A program made the translations under genes and the position numbers. 64,000 nucleotides of DNA from an uncultured Gemmatimonadales bacterium. GTDB lineage: Bacteria; Gemmatimonadota; Gemmatimonadetes; Longimicrobiales; RSA9. The stretch covers positions 256,001 to 320,000 of the forward strand of contig CAWCRS010000001.1 of the NCBI GenBank assembly GCA_963798085.1. The letters are read 5' to 3'. The notes below the pieces were generated by a model that saw only the letters and a list, made by a program, of their open reading frames with translations, did not search any database and had not been told where the DNA came from. Shown here piece after piece: positions 50,761-58,542 of the stretch; the stretch's first letter is position 1; each line of letters starts with the position of its first letter.

Positions 50761-51198
50761 GGTGAGGGGAAGGGTCTGGTTCTGACGGCGGACGCGGGCA
50801 AGGGCACCCGTTGAGGGACAGGGAAGGGGTCCAGTCAGCCCTGCGCCGCCGTCAGCCCACCCCCTTCTTCTGCCACCCGCTCTGAACCGCAACCTGTCCC
50901 TGACGCTGTGTTAGAGCGGGACACTCGCCGGCTCTGAGCCAGTTACGCGGTGGTCGCTTGCCGGGAGAGAGGGAAGCGTTGCGTGCTTCCCCCTCACTCC
51001 TGTTTCCGGGGCCAATCGTAACCAGTCGTCAGAAGCGGAAAGCAACGGAGAGGGGAGTGGCGACGGAGAGAGGTCGGGGAGGAGGTGGGGCAGCGTTGAG
51101 GGCAGGAACAGGATGGCCACTTCAGCTCTCCCTAACCCCTCCCCTCAACGGGTGCCCGTGTCCGCGTCCGACCCCGCAACCAGACCTTTCGCCTCGCC
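50761..51198. repeat. Second inverted pair of the ~57-bp repeat (50761-50817 minus, 51141-51198 plus)
   Basis: ggtgaggggaagggtctggttctgacggcggacgcgggcaagggcacccgttgaggg ... cccctcaacgggtgcccgtgtccgcgtccgaccccgcaaccagacctttcgcctcgcc. Confidence 0.8.
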
Positions 51199-51295
51199 CT
51201 TCCGCGCATCCTGATGCGCTGGCCGACCGCTGCGCCAGGTGATGCGCAGGCCGGGCGCGCGACGGATTGCCGGTCGGCCGCTGTGGTCGTCTAAC

Positions 51296-52498
51296 TCATT
51301 GTTGAAGTGCGCGCGCGCAGCGGAAGCCGCGCTCGTCCGAGATGTCCTGGGGATCGACATAGAAGCGACGCGCCGCCGCCAGCGCCGGATCGTACCAGCC
51401 GCCGCCGCGCTCGATCTTCTTGCTGCCGGATTCGGGGCCCCTCGGATTCATGAGCGCGTCCACCGGAAAGTCCTCGGCATACCAGTCGGCCACCCACTCC
51501 GCGGCATTGCCGATCATGTCGTACATGCCGTAGGGACTGCGGCCCGCTGCGTGACTGGACACGGCGGCGAGTCCTTCGGTGAGGGACAGGTCAGAGTCGC
51601 GCGCGGAATTGCTGAGGCTGTCGTCGGGACTGGTCTCGCCCCATGGATACGTCCGGCCATCGGTGCCGCGCGCGGCCTTCTCCCATTCTGCATCGGTGGG
51701 CAGCCGCCGGCCGGCCCAGTGACAGTATGCGTCCGCCGCACGCCAGCTCACGCCCACCACCGGCAGGTTCCCCAACCGCTTCAGGTCCACGCTGTCCCAG
51801 TACTCGGGCCTCAGCAGGGAGCCGGTCGCCTCGAGGAACTTCGCGTACTGCGCCATGCTGACTTCGTAACGGTCCATGTAGAAGGCATCGAGGTAGACCT
51901 CGTGGACCGGATAGAACTGGTCGTCTCCCATCGTGAATTTCCCGGCCGGAATCAGCAGCGAGACCGCACCGTCGCGGCTCGTGATCTCCGGGACCCCGCC
52001 TGAGCGTGCGCGCAGGCCGGTCCGGAGCGCCAGAGCGCCCGCAGCGAGCGCGAGGAAAACAGCGGCGCCGATCAGGCCCAGGTTGCGGCGCCCTCGCCAG
52101 CGCAACCGCGCAATGCGATGCACGGCGTCCGCCACATCGGCCTGCAGGTTGCCGCTGGGTTCGAGTACCGTGACCGCACGCAACCAGGGTGGCAGCTGGC
52201 TGTAGTCGGTGGGATGCAGCAGCACGGGCAGCACATGGCCGCTCGGACGCGGCCAGCGTTCTTCGGCGATAGCCAGTTCGCTGAGTGTATAGCTGCCCGC
52301 ATCGATGGCCTGCGGGCTCACCAGGAAGATGAAGAGTTCCGCACTCTCAATGCCGCGGCGGATGCGCATGTCGTACTCCTCGCCCGCGGGCAGATCCTCG
52401 CGGTCGAAGAAGACGTCGTGACGGGCCGCGCCCAGCGCGAGCGCAATCGCCTCGGCGGGCTGGCTGTCCGTGCGCGAATAGCTCAGGAAGATCTTCAT
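51296..52498 (-). CDS. TIR domain - TM helix - FGE-sulfatase (SUMF1-like) domain protein
   Basis: MKIFLSYSRTD...YTLSEL (TIR); LGLIGAAVFLALAAGALAL (TM); IPAGKFTMG, RLPTDAEWEKAARG, YDMIGNAAEWVAD, RGGGW, GFRCAR. Confidence 0.92.
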   Translation of the reverse strand: MKIFLSYSRTDSQPAEAIALALGAARHDVFFDREDLPAGEEYDMRIRRGIESAELFIFLVSPQAIDAGSYTLSELAIAEERWPRPSGHVLPVLLHPTDYSQLPPWLRAVTVLEPSGNLQADVADAVHRIARLRWRGRRNLGLIGAAVFLALAAGALALRTGLRARSGGVPEITSRDGAVSLLIPAGKFTMGDDQFYPVHEVYLDAFYMDRYEVSMAQYAKFLEATGSLLRPEYWDSVDLKRLGNLPVVGVSWRAADAYCHWAGRRLPTDAEWEKAARGTDGRTYPWGETSPDDSLSNSARDSDLSLTEGLAAVSSHAAGRSPYGMYDMIGNAAEWVADWYAEDFPVDALMNPRGPESGSKKIERGGGWYDPALAAARRFYVDPQDISDERGFRCARALQQ

Positions 52499-52783
52499 TG
52501 GCGTGCGTACCCCGATCGTGGCCGGGCGGCCAGGTTCGAGCAGGGCAATGGGCTCGCAGAGACGCGGCAGCGGTGCCGGTCCGCCCCCGCAAAATCGCCG
52601 CTGCGCGACGCTGCGTCAGTCGTTCGGCTGTCTCTGCCGGCTACTTCTCCCGCCATGCTTCCGCCTCCCCGGGCCATTGATCCCTCCGGGCGCCTTTCTA
52701 ACTGAACGTTAGAAGTGGATGGCAGGTCGGCTCCGGGTCTCGCAGGACCGGAGGACCAGCCGCCGCCGTTCCCCGTTTCCCCT

Positions 52784-52837
52784 CCCCTCAACGGGTGCCC
52801 TTGCCCGCGTCCGACCCATGAACCCGACCCCTCCTCC
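52784..52837 (+). repeat. Fifth (solo) copy of the ~57-bp repeat
   Basis: cccctcaacgggtgcccttgcccgcgtccgacccatgaacccgacccctcctcc. Confidence 0.8.
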
Positions 52838-53020
52838 AGCCTTTCCCCGACATTCCCGGTGCCATCCGCGCAATTCAGGTGGTACCCGCAGAGTCGAGCG
52901 AAAGAAGCGAAATCATGGCACGCCGGGCATGGCTGCTGCGACGGTGTGCAGAAGCTTGCGCCCTGCCGCCGCGTACGTCATGGTGAACCGGAGCGGACCC
53001 TGAGACGGGAGGAACTGCCA

Positions 53021-53425
53021 ATGAAGGGCGCGGGCGGCACGCCGGGCGGACTGGGCGCATTCTTCGTGGGCGCGGGCATGATGATCGCGGGCGGATACCT
53101 GCTGCTCACGCGCGTGACCGTGGCCAGCGGCGTCTGGCAGATCTGGGGCTACAATGCCTTCGGTCTTTCGCTGCTGCCCTTGCTGGGCGGTGTTGGCGTG
53201 CTCTTCTTCAACGGGCGCGCGCCCCTGGGCTGGTTCCTCACCGCGGCCGGCGCGATCATCATACTCGTGGGCATCATCGGCAATCTCGGTATCTATTTCC
53301 GTCCCACCTCGCTGTTCGACACACTGATCATCCTGGGACTGATCGCGGGCGGCCTCGGGCTCGTGGCCAGATCACTGCGCCCATCGGGACCCGCGTCGTC
53401 GCCTCCCTTCAACAGTCCCGGCTGA
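53021..53425 (+). CDS. Small 4-TM membrane protein
   Basis: GGAGG RBS; MKGAGGTPGGLGAFFVG...TSLFDTLIILGLIAGGLGLVARSLR. Confidence 0.85.
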   Translation: MKGAGGTPGGLGAFFVGAGMMIAGGYLLLTRVTVASGVWQIWGYNAFGLSLLPLLGGVGVLFFNGRAPLGWFLTAAGAIIILVGIIGNLGIYFRPTSLFDTLIILGLIAGGLGLVARSLRPSGPASSPPFNSPG

Positions 53426-53448
53426 ACCCCGACGCTGCGGAGGACAGC

Positions 53449-55638
53449 ATGACCCTGCACATCCGGTCGGCCGGCGCGGCCGCGACCAGGACACTGCTGT
53501 CAGCGTGCGTCGTACTCGCCGTGTGGCAGACGATGCCCGCGCATGCCCAGGACCGACTGCGCGGCATGCCCGGCTACGAGCGCTATCAGCGCATTAACAG
53601 CCAGCTCAATGGCGCGGTAGTGAGCGGTGCGCTCCCCGTCGTCTGGCTCGATGGCGGGCGGGCTTTTTCCTATGAACGGGACGGGAAGTCGTACCGCTAT
53701 GACGTCGCCGCGCGCAAAGCCGTCGAGACGCCAGGCTTCGAAGCGTCGGCGGAAGGTGGCCGCGGCGGACGCGGCGGTCGGGGCGGCGGCCCGGCGCGCG
53801 GCCGTCAGTTCGATGTCGCCGTCTCACCGGACAGCACGCACCGCGCCTTCTATCGCGACCGCAATATCTGGCTCAGCAACGCCAATGGCAGTGACGCGCA
53901 ACAGCTGACAGCAGATGGCGATGAGCGCGCGCGTATCAAGTACGGTACGGCCAGCTGGGTATACGGCGAGGAACTGGGCCAGACGACGGCGATGTGGTGG
54001 TCGCCGGACGGGAAGAAGCTCGCCTTCTATCGCTTCGATGAGAGCGGCATCCCCGACTACTACCTGCAGCTGCGCCAGACTCAGGTCCAGGACACGATCG
54101 ATGTGGAAGCCTATCCCAAGCCGGGCGTGCCCAATCCGGTGGTCGATCTCTTCGTCTACGATCTGGCCACGCACAGGACCGTGCGCATCGACGTGCGCGA
54201 TGGCCAGCCGTTCACTAACGACGTGCAAGGCCACTACGTCTACAGCGTCGCCTGGTCACCGGATGGACGGGAGCTGACGTTCAACCGGACGAATCGCCGG
54301 CAGAACAGCCTCGACTTCGTCGCCTGCAATCCGGACTCGACCACCGAACTGGTGCCTGCCTCGACCAGCAGCCTGCGGGCTGCCGCAGCGTCGAAGTGCC
54401 GCGTGATCGTGCACGAGTCGTGGCCCACCGGCTGGGTGCAGAACCACCCGCCCATGCAGTACCTCGCCGATGGCCGCCGCTTCCTGTGGACGTCCGAGCG
54501 CAGCGGCTTCCGCAACCTGTACCTCTATGATCTGAGCGGACGGCTGCTGGCCACGCTCACCAAACACCCGTTCGAAGTGGCCAACGTCGTGCAGGTCAAT
54601 GAAAAGGCAGGCGTCGTCTGGTACATGGCGCGTGATGGCGACAACTTCATGAAGCTGCAGCTGCATCGCGTCGGTCTGGATGGCAAGGGCGACCGGCGAC
54701 TCACCGATCCGGCGTTCAATCACAACGTGTCGCTGGCGCCCAATGGCAGGCATTTCGTCGACATCGCGCAAACCCATGATCAGCCGCCCGTCACCCGCCT
54801 CATCGATGCGGACGGCCGCGTGATCACGGAGCTGGCGAAAAGTGACCTTTCGCGTTTCGAGCAGCTCGGCCTGCGCAAGGTCGAAATGTTCACGTACATG
54901 GCGGCCGACGGAAAGACCGAACTGCACGGCATGATCAGCTTCCCGTCGGACTTCGATCCGCAGCGCAGGTATCCCGTGCTCGTGCCGGTCTATGGCGGGC
55001 CCGCATCCGCCAGCAACACCGCGCGGGAGACCTTCGCCATGCCCAATCCGCTCACGGAATACGGTTTCCTCGTGGTGAACCTCGACTCGCGCGCCGTGCC
55101 CGGGATGGGCAAGCGCACGCTCAATGACCTGTACCTGAAGCTCGGCCAGACCGAGATCAATGACATGGCCGGAGGCGTGAAGGCGCTGTGGGATCGACCC
55201 TGGGTCGACAGGAATCGTGTCGGCATCTACGGCACGTCGTACGGCGGCTACAGCTCGGTCATGGCGATCCTGCGCTACCCGGATGTGTTCGCGGCCGCGG
55301 CCGCGTCGTCGCCGCCCACCGACTGGCGCAACTACGACACCATCTATACCGAGCGATACATGTGGATCCCGCAGGAGAACGCGCAGGGCTACGACGCGGG
55401 TTCCGCCATGACGTACGCGAAGGACCTGCGCGGCCGGTTGCTGCTGTACTGGGGCACCGCCGACAACAATGTGCACCCGTCCAACATGATGCAGCTCATT
55501 CAGGCGCTGCAGCGCGCGGGCAGGAGCTTCGACCTCCAGGTCGGTCCCGATCAGGGGCACTCCGGCGTGAACCAGCAGCGCATGATGGAGTTCTTCATCG
55601 AGAACCTCATCCTGCACGCCCCGACCGCCACTAACTGA
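53449..55638 (+). CDS. S9B family dipeptidyl peptidase IV-like protein
   Basis: WVYGEE, WWSPDG, YPKPG, VYGGP, GTSYGG, YDTIYTERYM, GTADNNVH, GH. Confidence 0.95.
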   Translation: MTLHIRSAGAAATRTLLSACVVLAVWQTMPAHAQDRLRGMPGYERYQRINSQLNGAVVSGALPVVWLDGGRAFSYERDGKSYRYDVAARKAVETPGFEASAEGGRGGRGGRGGGPARGRQFDVAVSPDSTHRAFYRDRNIWLSNANGSDAQQLTADGDERARIKYGTASWVYGEELGQTTAMWWSPDGKKLAFYRFDESGIPDYYLQLRQTQVQDTIDVEAYPKPGVPNPVVDLFVYDLATHRTVRIDVRDGQPFTNDVQGHYVYSVAWSPDGRELTFNRTNRRQNSLDFVACNPDSTTELVPASTSSLRAAAASKCRVIVHESWPTGWVQNHPPMQYLADGRRFLWTSERSGFRNLYLYDLSGRLLATLTKHPFEVANVVQVNEKAGVVWYMARDGDNFMKLQLHRVGLDGKGDRRLTDPAFNHNVSLAPNGRHFVDIAQTHDQPPVTRLIDADGRVITELAKSDLSRFEQLGLRKVEMFTYMAADGKTELHGMISFPSDFDPQRRYPVLVPVYGGPASASNTARETFAMPNPLTEYGFLVVNLDSRAVPGMGKRTLNDLYLKLGQTEINDMAGGVKALWDRPWVDRNRVGIYGTSYGGYSSVMAILRYPDVFAAAAASSPPTDWRNYDTIYTERYMWIPQENAQGYDAGSAMTYAKDLRGRLLLYWGTADNNVHPSNMMQLIQALQRAGRSFDLQVGPDQGHSGVNQQRMMEFFIENLILHAPTATN

Positions 55639-55841
55639 TCGTTACGCCAGGCGTCATGCGCTCGACCGGAGTGGTTCGTCCTGCCGCCCTCGCCTCGCCG
55701 GGCAATGCACGCCCGGCCTGGGCGTGGGACGGCATGCGGCCGGCCCATGAACGAACAGGATCGTCGACACTGCCAGTGGCCGGACAGGTCAGCCCGGCCC
55801 TGCGGCCTGCACCGGCCCTTCTCCTTTCCCCGGGACCCGAC

Positions 55842-57038
55842 ATGCGCCTCCTGACGATACTTCTGCTGGTCCTCCTGACGCCCCGACTCGGCCTGGCGCA
55901 GGGACGCTTCGCGAGCGTGACAACCATCGGACGTGTCGATTCCGTCCATTCCGCGACGCTCGGCGAAACACGGCCGTACCTCGTCTACACGCCGCCTTCC
56001 TACGGTGATACCACGGCCTCGCCGCAGCGCTACCCGGTCCTCTACCTGCTCGACGGCGACGCGCACTTCCAATCGGTAACGGGATTGATCCAGATCCTCG
56101 GCACGGGTGTGAACGGAACGTACGTCGTGCCCGAGATGATCGTGGTCGCCATCCCTAACACGGACCGAACGCGCGATCTCACGCCAACGCACACGGAAAC
56201 CGGCTTCGATGGTCAGCCCAATCCGGGATTCAGGACGAGCGGCGGGATGCTGAAGTTCTTCACCTTCATTCGCACCGAGCTCATTCCGCGCATCGAAGCG
56301 CAGTACCGCACGATGCCATTCCGCGTCTTTGTGGGACACTCGCTCGGTGGAATCACGACGATCAACGCACTCTACGAGATACCGCAGACCTTCAACGCGT
56401 ACGTGGCCATCGACCCGAGCCTCTGGTGGGACAACCAGACGCTGCTGCGCAAGGCGAAGAACTACTTCGAGACCGCGCGGCTCGAGGGCAAGGTGTTGTA
56501 CGTGGCGCAGGCCAACACACTGAACCCGGGAGATACCAGTCGCAACCTGCATTTCGAGTCGATCCTGCAGTTCAACGCGCTCATGCAGGCGTATGACAGG
56601 AGCGGCATCCGCTATGCGTACCGGTACTACGATCGCGACGATCACGGCTCCGTCCCAATGATCGCCGAGTACGATGCGCTCCGCTTCATCTTCGACGGAT
56701 ACAAGCTGCCGCTGCTGCAGGTACTCGACCGGCCGAGTCTGCTGGTGGAGCATTTCCGCAAGGTGTCGGAGCGTCTCGGTGCGACGTTCACACCGTCCGA
56801 GGGAATGGTGCGACAGCTCGCGGAGATCGAGCTGTCGCGTGACACCGCCAACGCGATCGAACTGGCTGAGACCCGCGTGCGATTGTATCCGGAGAGCTTC
56901 CGCGCGTACGAATTCCTGGGCGACGTCTGGGCCGCGCGCGGTGACCGGCCGAAGGCCCGCTCGTACTACGAGCAGGCGCTCGCGAAGAGCTCGAACAGCG
57001 TGGCCATCCGCGAGAAGATCGCCAGGCTCGGGCGCTGA
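55842..57038 (+). CDS. Secreted alpha/beta-hydrolase-fold esterase with C-terminal TPR
   Basis: YPVLYLLDG, DRTRDLTP, GHSLGG, DPSLWWD, DHGSVP; TPR-like tail. Confidence 0.9.
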   Translation: MRLLTILLLVLLTPRLGLAQGRFASVTTIGRVDSVHSATLGETRPYLVYTPPSYGDTTASPQRYPVLYLLDGDAHFQSVTGLIQILGTGVNGTYVVPEMIVVAIPNTDRTRDLTPTHTETGFDGQPNPGFRTSGGMLKFFTFIRTELIPRIEAQYRTMPFRVFVGHSLGGITTINALYEIPQTFNAYVAIDPSLWWDNQTLLRKAKNYFETARLEGKVLYVAQANTLNPGDTSRNLHFESILQFNALMQAYDRSGIRYAYRYYDRDDHGSVPMIAEYDALRFIFDGYKLPLLQVLDRPSLLVEHFRKVSERLGATFTPSEGMVRQLAEIELSRDTANAIELAETRVRLYPESFRAYEFLGDVWAARGDRPKARSYYEQALAKSSNSVAIREKIARLGR

Positions 57039-57115
57039 AGTCGGTCAGCTGCTGGCATGCTGTCGGACCATTCACTGCCGGCATCCTGGAGCACCATTCC
57101 AGCTGGTTGGCATGC

Positions 57116-57262
57116 TTTCGGACCAGCTTGGCGTTCTTGCGTTCCGCCACGCTGAGACGTGCGTGCGACCCCCGCGCACATGATTGCCCCGTTTTCATGC
57201 CGTCCTGAGCCGCGCTGATCGTCCAGTCGGCCGGAAGTAAAGAATGCCATGCTGGTCCGACA
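57116..57262. repeat. 147-bp palindromic element, copy 1
   Basis: TCGGACCAGCTTGGCGTTCTT...TGCCCCGTTTTCATG...AAGAATGCCATGCTGGTCCGA. Confidence 0.9.
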
Positions 57263-57340
57263 GGGCCTGGCCAGCCCTGGGCCTGGGCTGCCGCGTCTGC
57301 GTCAGCGCAGTTGATCGGCCTTGCCGTCGGCCACGGTCTG

Positions 57341-57565
57341 TCAGCCGTGCTCGAGCTGCTCCGCGAGTTGCATCAGCTCGTTCGCACGCTGGCGGGCCAG
57401 GTCGGCCACCGTTGAACGCCAGCGCTCCGGAAGCAGCTCCCGCTCGCGCTCTGTGTACGCGCGCGCCGACTGGATTGCGGTGAGCGGCACGCTCAGCTGG
57501 CTGGCAATGTCATCGAGTGTGTAGACGTCGACGGTGAGGGTATCAATCGCAGCTGCGAAATTCAT
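57341..57565 (-). CDS. 74-aa protein with probable helix-turn-helix
   Basis: GAGGGGGAG RBS-like sequence; YTLDDIASQLSVPLTAIQSAR fits an HTH pattern; amphipathic C-terminal helix. Confidence 0.7.
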   Translation of the reverse strand: MNFAAAIDTLTVDVYTLDDIASQLSVPLTAIQSARAYTERERELLPERWRSTVADLARQRANELMQLAEQLEHG

Positions 57566-57637
57566 TTCTCCCCCTCATGAATAATGGGGTCGCCCAGTCC
57601 AAATGTACGGCGCTCCAGGGCAGCGCGCCCCATTTCT

Positions 57638-57784
57638 TTTCGGACCGTCCTGGCATTCTTGCGTTCTGCTCCACTGTCGCATGGCCGGGACCCGCGCTGA
57701 CATTTCTGCCCCGTTTTCATGTAGGTCGCGGTCGCATCGATAGCCAGAGCGGCCGGAAGGAAAGAATGCCAAGACGGTCCGACA
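57638..57784. repeat. 147-bp palindromic element, copy 2 (direct orientation to copy 1)
   Basis: TCGGACCGTCCTGGCATTCTT...TGCCCCGTTTTCATG...AAGAATGCCAAGACGGTCCGA. Confidence 0.9.
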
Positions 57785-58024
57785 TCCAACAGGCCTGCAC
57801 TCCGCGCGCCGCGCAGTAGCGCATCCAGCCGCTCCGGGTCGAGCCGCCGCCCACGCCCGAACTCACGCGGGTCCGTGTCGCTCCCTTGCCCCGGTCCGAC
57901 AAGAACCCGCGCAAACAGAACCATGCAACGACGGTCTGACAGTCGCGGGGGCCGGCCATGGGAAACCGCTCACCGGGACCGTCGGCAGTGCAGCAACCTG
58001 TCGTGCCACCCCTCCGCCCTTGCG

Positions 58025-58055
58025 GCCAAATAGATATGCCATTTATATATTTGGC
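58025..58055. promoter_or_regulatory. AT-rich inverted repeat, candidate PadR operator
   Basis: GCCAAATAGATA-N7-TATATATTTGGC (11/12 complementary), 80 bp upstream of the PadR start. Confidence 0.6.
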
Positions 58056-58134
58056 GCTTAGTCTTTCGACCGGCCGGATGCGCCGGCGCCAGCTGCAAGG
58101 TTCGCACGTCCACTCGACGCACACAGGAATCGCA

Positions 58135-58542
58135 ATGCCCAGAAACTCGCCGAAGCCCACGCAGCCGCCGGCTCCGCTGACGCCGCTCACACCGTTGACG
58201 TACCACATCCTGCTCGCGCTCGCGGATGGCGATCGTCATGGCTACGGCATCATTCGCGAGATCGAGGAGAAACTGGGCGAGGCGGCGTCACCGAGCACGG
58301 GTGCGCTGTATCTCGCGCTGCAGCGCATGGAGGATACGGGCCTGGTCGAGGAGTCGAGCCACCGGCCGGAGCCCGAGGAAGATGACGCGCGTCGTCGCTA
58401 CTACCGCATGACGGCGATCGGGCGGGCGGCCGCGCGCGCGGAGAGCGAGAGGCTGGCGTCGCTTGTGGGTGTGGCCGCTGCGAAGCGGCTGGTGACCGGC
58501 GCCACCGTTGCGGCATCACTGCGGGGGCCGGGTCGCTCATGA
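58135..58542 (+). CDS. PadR family transcriptional regulator
   Basis: ILLALADGDRHGYGI, GALYLALQRME..GLVE, RRRYYRMT..GR. Confidence 0.95.
   Translation: MPRNSPKPTQPPAPLTPLTPLTYHILLALADGDRHGYGIIREIEEKLGEAASPSTGALYLALQRMEDTGLVEESSHRPEPEEDDARRRYYRMTAIGRAAARAESERLASLVGVAAAKRLVTGATVAASLRGPGRS

Noticed and set aside
52695..52716. Integron attC-like motifs (TTCTAAC...GTTAGAA; similar CTAAC/GTTA motifs near 51289 and 55631)
   Set aside because: Arms are too close or unpaired, no L boxes are evident, and there is no integrase.
50660..53000. Diversity-generating retroelement acting on the FGE-sulfatase domain
   Set aside because: No reverse transcriptase and no adenine-variant template copy of the gene's 3' end found in the window.
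57562..57924. 120-aa minus-strand ORF through element copy 2, with an ATGA overlap to the HTH gene
   Set aside because: Several differences between the copies are synonymous in this frame (MKTGQ...ERKNA), but the copy-1 equivalent lacks an upstream start and runs antisense into the esterase gene. Palindromic compensation explains the conservation better. Not fully excluded.
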